Part shown: positions 10,943-22,309 of the stretch, in pieces
Layout of the letters: each line of letters begins with the position of its first letter
How positions within the stretch are numbered: position 1 is the first letter of the stretch
Source of the DNA: Octopus sinensis
Lineage: Eukaryota
Assembly (NCBI RefSeq): GCF_006345805.1
Contig: NW_021824652.1
Coordinates: 1 to 37,366, forward strand
DNA length: 37,366 nucleotides
Direction: 5' to 3'
Program-made: the position numbers and the translations under genes
The notes under the pieces: generated by a model
The model's database searches: none
What the model saw: the letters and a program-made list of their open reading frames with translations, nothing else
What the model was told of the DNA's origin: nothing

Positions 10943-13612
10943 ACTCCAATCTAAAATATCAATATTTTAAAATATAAAAATAATAATTTTAAAATAATTA
11001 AAGTATGAATGAAAAAATATAAATATATAATCCATATATAACCTATATATAATCCATATATAATCAATATATAAACAATATATAAACTAAACTAAACCTA
11101 TCAACAATTAAATATAAAATATAAAATATAAAATATAAAATATAAACAAAACAAAAAAATAATAATAATATAATAATAAACTATATATACACCCATACAA
11201 TATATACTAATTATATATAACCATATCTAACTACATACACTAAATCACACCCCTATATATATATCCTATACATACACATAAAAACGTCTAGGCAACTATA
11301 AATAAATAAAATAGCTAAATACTTCAACACAATACTTATTCATACTCCCACACACACACACATACAACCCACATTCACGCTCTAGAAAACGGACATCACT
11401 TAAAATTATGAACGGAGAAATAGAATAAATGGAATTAAAAATTATATTCACTTGGTAAAACTAACACTACTTAAAAATTATGAATGAAAACATGCAATAA
11501 AACAACAGACATCGCAAATAGACACAAATCTACGAATTCCTTAACAAACCTACCATGATAAACCAAAACTCATAAAAACATATAATGATAAAATCTCCCT
11601 TTACTAACTCTATAACATACCTATATAGCAATCCCCCTAACCTAAACATTCACACACAAATACACACACGTAAACCACACACCCACGACATATACAAATA
11701 CCCACACCACTTACACACATACTATACATACATATAAACCTCAACATATACTCCAAAATCCCACTCAACCCCACACAGACAAATAAACACAAAAATTATG
11801 AATGGATTCTTTTATAAAACTACCATGATAAGCTAAAACTCACAAAACATAAATGATAAACATTCACACACAAAAAACACACACGTAAACCACAGACCCA
11901 CGACTTATACACATACCTATACTAACTTATAAACCTCAATATACACCAAAAACCCACTCCCTCCACACACAGACAAATCAACACATACATCCCAAAACCT
12001 AAATATGTGAGGGAGTATAAGTATCTGTTGTGTGTGTGTGTTTTGCGTGTGTGTGTGTTTGTGTGGAATGTGTATATGGGTTTGTTATTTAGGTTTTGGG
12101 ATGTATGTGTTAATTTGTCTGTGTGTGGAGGGAGTGGGTTTTTGGTGTATATTGAGGTTATAAGTTAGTATAGGTATGTGTATAAGTCGTGGGTCTGTGG
12201 TTACGGTGGTGTGTTTTTTGTGTGAATGTTTAGGTTAGGGGGATTGCTATATAGGTTTGTTATAGAGTTTTAGCAAAGGAGATTTTATCGTTATTGTTTT
12301 TAAGAGTTTTGGTTTATCATGGTTTTTTTAGGGAATTCGTGGTATTTGTCTATTTTCGTTGTTGGTTGTTTTATTACATTGTTTCATTCATAATTTTTGA
12401 GTGGTGTTCGTTTTCCACGTGAATATTATTTTTATTCCATTTATTCCATTTCTCCATTCATTATTTTAAAAGATGTTCGTTTCCAGAGCGGTTATACTTT
12501 TTATCATATGTTAAGTTCCTTGTAAAGTAATTTTGTTTGGTGTATATGTTGAGGCTTGTATGTACTTGTGGGTGTGTGTGAGTGGGGCGGGTGTTTGTAT
12601 TTGTTATGGGTGTGTGGTTTACGTGTGTGTATTTGTGTGTTGAATGTATAGGTTAAAGGGATTGCATATAAGTATGTTATAGTGTTAGTAAAGGGAGGTT
12701 TTATCATTTATGTTTGTGAGTTTTAGCTTATCATGGTAGTTTTATAAAAGAATCCATTCATAATTTTTGTGTTTATTTGTCTGTGTGGGGTTGAGTGGGA
12801 TTTTGGGTAGATGTTGAGGTTTATGTAGTATAGGTAGGTGTAAGTGGTGTGGGTATTTGTATATGTCGTGGGTGTGTGGTTTACGTGTGTGTATTTGTGT
12901 GTGAATGTTTAGGTTAGGGGGATTGCTATATAGGTATGTTATAGAGTTTAGTAAAGGGAGATTTTATCATTATATTTTTTATGAGTTTTGGTTATCATGG
13001 TAGGTTTGTTAAGGAATTCGTAGTAATTTGTGTCTATTTGCGATGTCTGTTGTTTTATTGCATTGTTTCATTCATAATTTTTAAGTAGTGTTAGTTTACC
13101 AGTGAATATAATTTTTAAATCATTTTTATTCTATTTCTCCGTTCATATTTTAAGTGATGTCCGTTTTCTAGAGCGTGAATGTGGGTTGTATGTGGTGTGT
13201 GTGGGAGTATGAATAAGTATTGTGTTGAAGTATTTAGCTATTTTATTTATTTATAGTTGCCTAGACGTTTTTATGTGTATGTATAGGGATATATATATAG
13301 GGTGTGATTTAGTGTATGTAGTTAGATATGGTTTATATAATTAGGTATATGTGTATGGGTGTCTATAGTTTATTATTATATTATTATTATTTTTTTGTTT
13401 TGTTTTATATTTTATATTTTATATTTTATATTTTTATTTTATATTTAATTGTTGATAGGTTTATTTTAGTTATATATATTGTTATATATTGATTATATAT
13501 GGATTATATATAGGTTATATATGGATTATATATTTATATTTTTTCATTCATACTTTAATTATTTTATAATTATTATTTTTATATTTTAAAATATTGATAT
13601 TAGATTGGAAGT

Positions 13613-13655
13613 CCACCTGAAGATTGTCGATCAAGACAAGAAACAATTGTAGTGG
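13613..13655 (+). ncRNA. Type I hammerhead ribozyme, right arm
   Basis: CCAC-CTGAAGA-TTGTC-gatcaa-GACAA-GAAA-CAATTG-TA-GTGG: perfect stems I and II, palindromic stem III (ACAATTGT) and a GUA site. Confidence 0.88.
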
Positions 13656-13840
13656 CGGTTTTTTTTGACTATTTATTAAAATTTTAGGTATTGATTAAGT
13701 CTTTCCTTGTTTGTTTTGCAAAATAGTGGTTTTGTCTCTAATAATATTTTATAATATTTTACTATAAAATTGGATTTAATCCTAAATCTGATTTTTTCCC
13801 TGTAAATTTGGATTTATTCCCTAATATTTATTATTATATA

Positions 13841-13884
<44 letters not shown>

Positions 13885-13886
13885 AG

Positions 13887-13921
<35 letters not shown>

Positions 13922-13961
13922 TACCATATATTATATATTATATATATATATAACATAACAT

Positions 13962-14004
<43 letters not shown>

Positions 14005-14009
14005 TATAT

Positions 14010-14050
<41 letters not shown>

Positions 14051-14064
14051 CATTATTTTATATA

Positions 14065-14156
<92 letters not shown>

Positions 14157-14349
14157 TATATAATATAAATATACATAATATATATATATATATGATATAC
14201 ATATATATATATATATTATAGATATATACATATATATATATATATATAATATATATATAGTATAATATATACATATATATAATATATACATAATATATAT
14301 ATACATATTATATATATATATATATATATATATTCTATATATGTATATA

Positions 14350-15528
14350 GTTGAAAAACTATCCAACATTGGTGTCTCTGGAAGTTACTGAATGGATCAA
14401 GTGTTTCCTACAGACAGATCTCAACATGTTGTAGTTGAAGGGGTAAATCAAGCCCAGCCAAAGTCAGTAGTGGCGTCCGCAAGGCACTGTGCTGGGCCCA
14501 CTTCTTTTCATCATTACATTAATGACATTAATGACATCATCAAGCACAGCCACATAAAAATCTTGCAGATGACTCCAAGCTACAGAAGGTCATAAATGAG
14601 CGAGTGACCGGACAGGCCTTCAGTCAGATCTACTGGTGTTATCCAATGGGCAGAAAAAAACAATATGCTGCTGAACGAGGATAAATTTGAGCTCTCCACT
14701 TTGGGGAAAGAGGATGCCCTGAAACTCCCCTACTCCCTTCCTTCAGGTGAAACTCTCGCGGCGTCCAACAACATCAGAGACTTGGAGTAAATTGTGGACA
14801 AAAACATAAGCTGGGCCACTCATATAAACACCAAAGTTGACATGGCCCGCAAATGTGTCCTGGATTCTCAAACTTTCAGTCGAGAGATATCCACACCATT
14901 ATCCTTCTCTCTCCACTTTTGCCCGACCCCACCTGAATACTGTTGTCCACTTTTGGTCTCCCCACACAATACAAGGTATCATAAAAGTTGAAGCACCTCA
15001 AAGGGCAATCACAAAAAAAGATAGATGGCATGACAGGCCTCGACTATTGGGGTCGACTAGAAAAGCTAAAACTCTATTCTCTCCAACGTCGTCGTGAGCG
15101 CTACATCATCTGCATGATGTGGAAAATATTCCATCAGCATTGCCCAAATGATGTTGCATCACCTTCAAGGTACATCCAAGGCTTGGGCCCCGTGCCATCC
15201 GCCCAAAACAAAAATCGCACTCTCATCTCATAACAACAATACGGCACAATTATTTCATTTCACCTCAATTGGCCCCGCTCTCTTTAACATTACACCAAAA
15301 CACATTAAAACAGAAACTGACCCTATAGGGTTCAAGAAGTCTTTGGACAGATCCTTCAAGAAATCCCGGATAAACCCCCTACACCCGGATATGTCTCTGT
15401 AAACAATAACTCTCTACTTGAGTGGGCCATAGTGCCCAAATTCTGACTTGAAAGACTTCACCAGGTGGTGCTATTAAGTTAGACATGGCCTGGGCCAATA
15501 TGGCCGAAACTATCAAAGTATCAAAGTA
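14350..15528 (+). mobile_element. CR1-clade LINE, 5'-truncated (RT C-terminal half plus 3' end), frameshifted
   Basis: Across frameshifts: RSQHVVVEG, QGTVLGP, YINDI, (F)ADD-like, DLGV.VD, RPHLEYC.P.WSPH, DYWGRLEKLKLYSLQRRRERY, PTPGY..NNSL. Ends in (ATCAAAGT)2 then (TA)n. Confidence 0.9.
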
Positions 15529-15576
15529 TATTATATAATATATATATATATATATATAATATATATATATATATAA

Positions 15577-16246
15577 TACTTTGATACTTTGATAGGTTTC
15601 GGCCATTATTGGCCCAGGCCATGTCTAACTTAATAGCACCACCTGGTGAAGTTTTCAAGTCAGAATTTGGGCACTATGGCCCACTCAAGTAGAGAGTTAT
15701 TGTTTACAGAGACATATCCGGTGTAGGGGGTTATCCGGGATTTCTGAAGGAATCTGTCCAAAGACTTCTTGAACCCTATAGGGTCAGTTTCTGTTTTAAT
15801 GTGTTTTGGTGTAATGTTAAGAGAGCGGGGCCAATTGAGGTGAAATAATTGTGGCCGTATTGTTGTTATGAGATGAGAGTGCGATTTTTGTTTTGGGCGG
15901 ATGGCACGGGGCCCAAGCCTTGGATGTACCTTAAAGGTGATGCCAACATCATTTGGGCAATGCTGAGTGGAATATTTTCCACATCATGCAGATGATGTAG
16001 CGCTCACGACGACGTTGGAGAGAATAGAGTTTTAGCTTTTCTAGTCGACCCCAATAGTCGAGGCCTGTCATGCCATCTATCTTTTTGTGATTGCCCTTTG
16101 GTGCTTCGACTTTTTTGATACCTTGTATTGTGTGGGAGACCACAGTGGACAACAGTAATTCAAGGTGGGGTCGGGCAAAAGTGGAGAAGAGAAGGAAATG
16201 GTGTGGATATCTCTCGACTGGAAAGTTCTGAGAATCCAGGAACACA
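15577..16246 (-). mobile_element. Second, shorter copy of the same CR1-like LINE, tail-to-tail with the first
   Basis: Reverse complement of ~14850-15528. The ORF track shows the same DYWGRLEKLKLYSLQRRRERY. (TA)n on both sides. Confidence 0.9.
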
Positions 16247-16322
16247 TATATATATATATATATATATAATGTTATGTTTTATATATATAATATATATATA
16301 TATATATAATATATATTATATA

Positions 16323-16364
<42 letters not shown>

Positions 16365-16532
16365 TATAATATATTGATATGTATGTATATATATATATAA
16401 TATATTATACATATATATATATAATATAATATATATAATATAATATATATTATATATATATATATATATTATATAGATATATATATATATATATATAAAT
16501 ATACATATATATATATATATAATTAGTAAATA

Positions 16533-16565
<33 letters not shown>

Positions 16566-16570
16566 GTATA

Positions 16571-16633
<63 letters not shown>

Positions 16634-16850
16634 TATATTTCGGAAGGCACAACAAATATTAAACGTATTATATATATATATATATTATATATATCAGATA
16701 AAACTTACTTGGAAATGAATGCGTGGCGTTCGATCATATAATTACATAAATAATATGTAAATATATGCATATATGTATATACCTACATACATACATATAT
16801 GTATATACCTACATATTTATATATATATGTATATATACATGCATATATAG
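16246..16850. repeat. Degenerate (TA)n field
   Basis: Direct reading; short interruptions at ~16630-16740. Confidence 0.9.
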
Positions 16851-17250
16851 GTACAGGACATCAAAAACAAAACGTAAACAAATGAGAAACGAAAACATAA
16901 AAACAAAAAACATAGAAAACGAACAGTTTTTCTAACATCGAAATAAACAAATAGAGAAACGAGTCAGGCAACATAAAGAACATTCCTTTCATCAGTTGTT
17001 TCCCTGTTTTATCTACTCCTCATTTCCAGCATTGAACGACAATATGAGTCTTCGAAGACAGTTGCTCCCATAAGTACCAAAATAAAATTTGACATTTATA
17101 GAGGGTCAAAGATGGGAACAAAAGCAGGACAGTAGAGACATACAAGGAAACCGAACAACAATAAACATGGAGCGTCGTTAGACAAGAATGAGGGTAAAAT
17201 AGCTGATGCTGGAGAAATATTTTCTTTGACAAGAGAAAAGATAGAAGAGT

Positions 17251-17670
17251 GTTCTAATGCTGTAGTTAAAGCACATAATTGATTGTATACATAGATACTG
17301 ACTGGGGCCGGAGCAGTTTAACTCTTATTTCTAGCATTGTGGGTGTTTTCCTTTCTAGTAACACTTTGTACACCGTTGTCTATATTAATTATTTGTATAC
17401 ACATTAGTGATTCGCTAAATTATCCATAGATTTCCATGGCTCATACACATATATTGACAGTGAATTTTGTCCGAAATTTTGTCCGAGTCGAGCCGTCCTT
17501 ACAGATGAGGCTGCGATAAGAACCGAAACTGACGGATCAGTTTAGGGAATTCTCGACCGGTTCTTTCGGGCGATTACTGTCCCTGTCAGTATATATGTAT
17601 ACAATTATGCGTTTTGGCTACAGCATTAGAGCAGTTTAGCTCTTATTTCTAGCAATGTGAATGTTCTCGA
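17251..17670 (+). mobile_element. Old element with 5'-inverted plus partial-tandem structure (PLE-like) and a degenerate HHR
   Basis: 17251-17305 is an inverted match to 17580-17632. GAGCAGTTTA(A/G)CTCTTATTTCTAGCA is directly repeated at ~17312 and ~17629. CCGTC..CAGATGAG..GAAAC.GACGG lies at 17493-17535. Confidence 0.5.
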
Positions 17671-17800
17671 ATCCTTAGTCGCATTTAATAACAATTATAG
17701 TTTTCATTTTTTAGCACATTGTACACCACTATCTGTATTAATTATTTGTGTGTGTGTGTGTGTGTGCATGCGTGCGTGTGTGTGTATGTGTGTACTTATA

Positions 17801-17897
17801 CATGGCTGTGTGGTAAGTACCTTGGTTACGAACCACATGTTTCTGGGTTCAGTTCTACTGCATAGCACCTTGGGCAAGTGTCTTCTACTATAGCCTC
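17801..17897 (+). mobile_element. SINE family A head fragment
   Basis: TGGCTGTGTGGTAAG...GGGTTCAGTTC...CCTTGGGCAAGTGTCTTCTACTATAGCC. Confidence 0.8.
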
Positions 17898-17899
17898 CA

Positions 17900-18393
17900 T
17901 GTGGTCCCGCAGTTTCCATCTAACTAGGGATATTGGGGTCCCATCCATTGTCTTATATTCAAGATCCTCTGCATGACATCCTGCTGGTCTAAAGCCAAGA
18001 ATCTGATCTGTTAGGTCCTGCCGATAACTAATTCCACGCCCTGCTGCCGACGCTTCGATTTATTTTCGTTAAGGTTTTGTCTGTCTCCTTCCCTTCGACC
18101 TGTCTGGCCTGGTAAGACCCGCCTGAAGATTTCTCTCCCTCCAGCATAGTTCCTTGGGTCAATGAATCACACAGGCACATCACCGCGACAAGGTGCTTAT
18201 TGAATTGACTTTTGACTACACAGTAGTTCTTCCGCCCTTTAACGGGTCTTACTTTTCGTCCCGCAGGGTGTCCAACAATTACCCTCCTCACCAAGCAAAC
18301 TTGATTGGGTTACCCGTTTATTTGCCGACGACCTGACCATGTAACAGGTTGTACTGGGTTACATGTTACCAGTAGCGTTCAAGAGCGACCTGA
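17900..18393 (-). mobile_element. Probable RTE-type LINE 5' end (5'UTR plus decayed start of the AP endonuclease)
   Basis: Relatively GC-rich. Minus-strand AEDLEYKTMDGTPISLVRWK resembles the E+.RY.+D+.A+SE.RW motif of RTE endonucleases. Heavily decayed. Confidence 0.4.
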
Positions 18394-18407
18394 CATGAAT
18401 ATATAAT

Positions 18408-18777
18408 GGAAGCACTCCGTCGGTTACGACAGTGAGGGTTCCGGTTGATCCGAATCAACGGAACAGCCTGCTCGTGAAATTAACGTGTAAGTGGCTGAGC
18501 ACTCCACAGACACGTGCACCCTTAACGTAGTTCTAGGGGATATTCAGCGTGATACAGAGAGTGACAAGGCCGGCCCCTTGAAATACAGGTACAACAGAAA
18601 CAGGAAATAAGAGTGAGAGAAAGTTGTGGTGAAAGAGTACAGCAGGGATCACCACCACCCCCTGCCGGAGCCTCGTGGAGCTTTAGGTGTTTTCGCTCAA
18701 TAAACACTCACAACGCCCGAAACCGCGATCCTATGACCGCGAGTCCGCTGCCCTAACCACTGGGCCATTGCGCCTCC
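18408..18777 (-). mobile_element. SINE family C with TSD
   Basis: Reverse complement of the 6368-6748 element. GAATATATAAT is repeated on both flanks (~18397 and ~18778). Confidence 0.88.
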
Positions 18778-18824
18778 GAATATATAATATATAATATATA
18801 ACATACATAGAGTTTAATAAATAA

Positions 18825-19788
18825 ACGCTCTAATCGGTCCAAACAACTTCATATCATTCCAAAATTATCAAATATCGAATACAAATATATATAAAAGCAA
18901 CAGGGCACCCAATATTGAATACCAACGGTATAAAATATACACATACACACGAATAAAGGGTGATGAAACCTAAGAGGGTATTCGGGTGGATTGTACATTA
19001 ACGATGTGAAGCTGCATCCTTTGAAATGATCGAAGAGATGGTCTTGGATGGACTCTGTTCTGGTTACCTTACACCTAATTTTTTTATATTTATACTCTTG
19101 TATTTTTATATACTCTTTTACTTGTTTCAGTCATTTGACTGCGGCCATGCTGGAGCACCGCCTTTAGTCGAGCTAATCGACCCCGGGACTTATTCTTTGT
19201 AAGCCCAGTACTTATTCTATCGGTCTCTTTTGCCGAACCGCTAAGTTACGGGGACGTAAACACACCAGCATCGGTTGTCAAGCAATGCTAAGGGGACAAA
19301 CACAGATACACAAACATATACACACACTTATATATATATATTATATATATATATACATATATACGACAGGCTTCTTTCAGTTTCCGTCTACCAAATCCAC
19401 TCACAAGGCATTGGTCGGCCCGGAGATATAGCAGAAGACACTTGCCCAACATGCCACGCAGTGGGACTGAACCCGGAACCATGTTGTTGGTTAGCAAGCT
19501 ACTTACCACACAGCCACTCCTGCGCCTATAGTTATATTTATATTCTTTTAGCTCCATTGCATTAAATCTTTAGTCGCCTTTATTATGCCTTAATTTATTC
19601 CATGTATTTTTCTTCATTCGACTTCACTCGTATTAACCTTTTAAGCTTTATCACCTTTATTTGTGTGTATGTGTATATCTTATACTATTGGTTTTTAGTA
19701 TTGGGTGCCCTATTGTGTTAATATATATCTATATTCGAGTTTCGATAATTTGGGAATGATATAAACTTGTTTTCACCGACTGGAGTGT
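18825..19788. repeat. Diverged inverted repeat, arms ~18825-18993 and ~19620-19788
   Basis: For example AGGGCACCCAATA..ATATACACATACACAC is mirrored by GTGTGTATGTGTATAT..TATTGGGTGCCCT. Confidence 0.7.
19110..19530 (-). mobile_element. SINE family A, full length and well preserved
   Basis: Complete head (reverse complement GGCGCAGGAGTGGCTGTGTGG), internal (TA)n and tail ending ACAAGTAAAAGAGTA. Confidence 0.9.
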
Positions 19789-20279
19789 ATCGGTATCCGT
19801 TACTCGTGTTATCCCCAGGCATTGGTGTGCAGATACACCATACACGCAGAGTGCAAATAACAACAACATAATCAAGAGTTTATCAGAAACCAATGCAAAT
19901 AATTAGAATATTGAAAAAAACTCAGATTAACAAACACATCGATTGGACCATATTTATTGCTTATTTTTTAATACAAAGCATGGCATCACATAATAGGTGA
20001 CGTAACATATCTTACGGCCGTTACTGATCGGTTACCAAAATGCAGTCTATGAATAAATGCAAGAATAAAGTTCTTCATCATCATAGGTCATTTGAATTAA
20101 GGCAGCGGATCTTCATCATTGTTTTTTTACTCTGCTGAAGATCCGTTGCCATAATTCGATTACCCTGCGGTTGCCCTATATATATGTTCGAATATTATTT
20201 TAATAATAATAGAGGGTAGAATGAATAATGATTTCACCAGGTAGCCAGTGCTAAAATAAAACCTTTTAGGTAAATTTTA

Positions 20280-20531
20280 CAAATTCTTTTATAATTATAT
20301 ACATAATTATAACAAGGGGTCAGCTTTTTGTCTCACTACGCACTGCTAGAAATAAACGCTAGGTCATTTTTACTACCTAAAAGTCCCCGAGAATAATACA
20401 CTTTGATAAAGTGTTATTTTCGGTGATTTTAAGGCAGTAAAATAATACTTAGCGTCTACTTCAAGCAGTGCGTTGTGAAGCATAAAGCTGACTCCTTGTT
20501 ATAATTATGTATATAATTATAAAAGAATTTG
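20280..20531. repeat. ~250-bp imperfect palindrome centred near 20406
   Basis: CAAATTCTTTTATAATTATATACATAATTATAACAAGG is mirrored by CCTTGTTATAATTATGTATATAATTATAAAAGAATTTG. Centre is CACTTTGATAAAGTG. Confidence 0.85.
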
Positions 20532-20536
20532 GCTGT

Positions 20537-20572
20537 GTATATATATATATAGATACAATATATATATATATA

Positions 20573-20654
<82 letters not shown>

Positions 20655-20788
20655 GAGAGAGAGAGATAATCATACCTACATACATACATACATACATACA
20701 TACATACATACATACACACACAAACAGAGACAGATTAATAGCCAGAAAGATGGATGTGTATGTTTGTGACCATTTATGTATATATGTA

Positions 20789-20831
<43 letters not shown>

Positions 20832-20833
20832 GA

Positions 20834-20869
<36 letters not shown>

Positions 20870-20920
20870 GTATGTATGAAGATGTATATATATATATATA
20901 TATGTGTGTTGTGGTGTGTA

Positions 20921-20957
<37 letters not shown>

Positions 20958-21203
20958 GTATGTATGAAGATGTATATATATATATATATATGTGTGTTGT
21001 GTGTGTGTGTGTATATGTATATACATATAGTTATGTATATATATATATATGCATACATGTGTGTTTGCGCGCGTGCGTGTTTGCATGCATACACACAAAC
21101 ACACACACATACACACACATTAATACATACATACATACATATACGCACAGACACACAGACGCACACGTACATACACGATATGATGTGTGTGTGTGTGTGT
21201 GTG
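20537..21203. repeat. Compound microsatellites (TA, GA, TACA, GT)
   Basis: Direct reading. Confidence 0.9.
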
Positions 21204-21771
21204 GTCACTTTAAGTCTTCGTACGACAACAAAAAGAAAAGAAAGAAAAAAAGAAAGGGGAAATACAAGAAAGTAAGAAAGGTTGAAAGGCTGAGAGAGTG
21301 GCAGTGTGACGCAGTTCGATGGTGGGTCGGCGTCATTGTTTGATGTGTAATGGCTTGCCTAGCAGATGTCTAAAGGGGGAACACAATGATTATCCGCCAT
21401 TATTGTCTTTCGCAATTGTTCTTCCGATGGTGTACCCTTTCCAGTAATTAGGCTATTTATGTTGAAGCGAAGAGAGACGGATTAATGTCTTTGGCAAAGA
21501 GACTATTAATCATTTTACAATTTATACTGCGTTCACTTATATATTTCATCGAGTTTTCTTGCCAAACAAACACAACCCTGAAATTATATTTTACTGTTTT
21601 AGATGAACACATCTATCGTATTGTTTCGCTCGATGTAGTGATGTAGTCTATAATTTAAGACTACACCAACAAGCAAACAAACACCTTGTGAACGAGACGC
21701 CTTTGAAAGACGGAAACTGTACGGAAGCCCTTTATACGCACATACACATACACACATATATTCTTTGATTC

Positions 21772-22165
21772 TTTTATTATTTTATTTGTTTCAGTCACTT
21801 GACTGCGGCCATGCTGGAGCCCCGCCTGTAGTCGGACAAATCGACCTCCAGGGCATATTCTTTGGAAGCCTAGTACTTATTTTATCGGTATCTTTTGCCG
21901 AACCGCTAAGTTACGGGGACGTAAACACATCAACAACGGTTGTCAAGTAATGGTGGGGGGACAAACACAGACACACAAACACACACATATATACATATGC
22001 ATATACGACGGGCTTCTTTCAGTTTCCGTATACCAAATCCACTCACAAGGCTTTGGGCTGCCCGAGGCTATAGTAGAAAAACACTTGGCCAAGGTGTCAC
22101 GCAATGGGACTGAAACCCGGAACCATGTGGCTGGTTAGCAAGCTGTTTGCCACACAGCCACTCGT
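21772..22165 (-). mobile_element. SINE family A
   Basis: Collinear with the other family A copies. Confidence 0.85.
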
Positions 22166-22309
22166 AAATAGACTTGTTACCAGTTCGAATATGCTTGAAG
22201 ATATTCGAAGCCGTAGAAAACCAATCGCCGTATTTTGCTATGGAGAAGATTTCTCTCTGTAGACAACTAGGAGAAAATACACCGACTCAGCTCACAGTGT
22301 CTTCCTAAC

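Larger units (their letters stand above)
10805..13830. mobile_element. ~3-kb fold-back non-coding element with an HHR in each arm, inserted in (TA)n
   Basis: 10805-12005 is the reverse complement of 12087-13752, except that ~12232-12700 has no counterpart. Spacer is ~80 bp. A ~80-bp tail (13752-13830) is on the right arm only. Long (TA)n at 10527-10804 and 13830-14349. Confidence 0.85.

Noticed and set aside
10805-13752. Foldback/MITE DNA transposon interpretation
   Set aside because: The asymmetric 3' tail, HHRs and absence of recognisable TIR ends or TSD favour a PLE-type origin; the DNA-transposon reading is not fully excluded.
15490-15515. GGCC-AATAT-GGCC-GAAAC at the LINE 3' end resembling half a hammerhead
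   Set aside because: No upstream CTGANGA; more likely the 3' stem-loop of the CR1-like element.
16960-16997. Minus-strand CTGATGAA plus hairpin within an A-rich repeat-like block
   Set aside because: No GAAA after the stem and no SECIS apical loop.
19275-19565. Recurrent ORFs such as LLSVSVYQIHSQG and VPLRGTLGKCLL
   Set aside because: They are chance frames within SINE family A copies.
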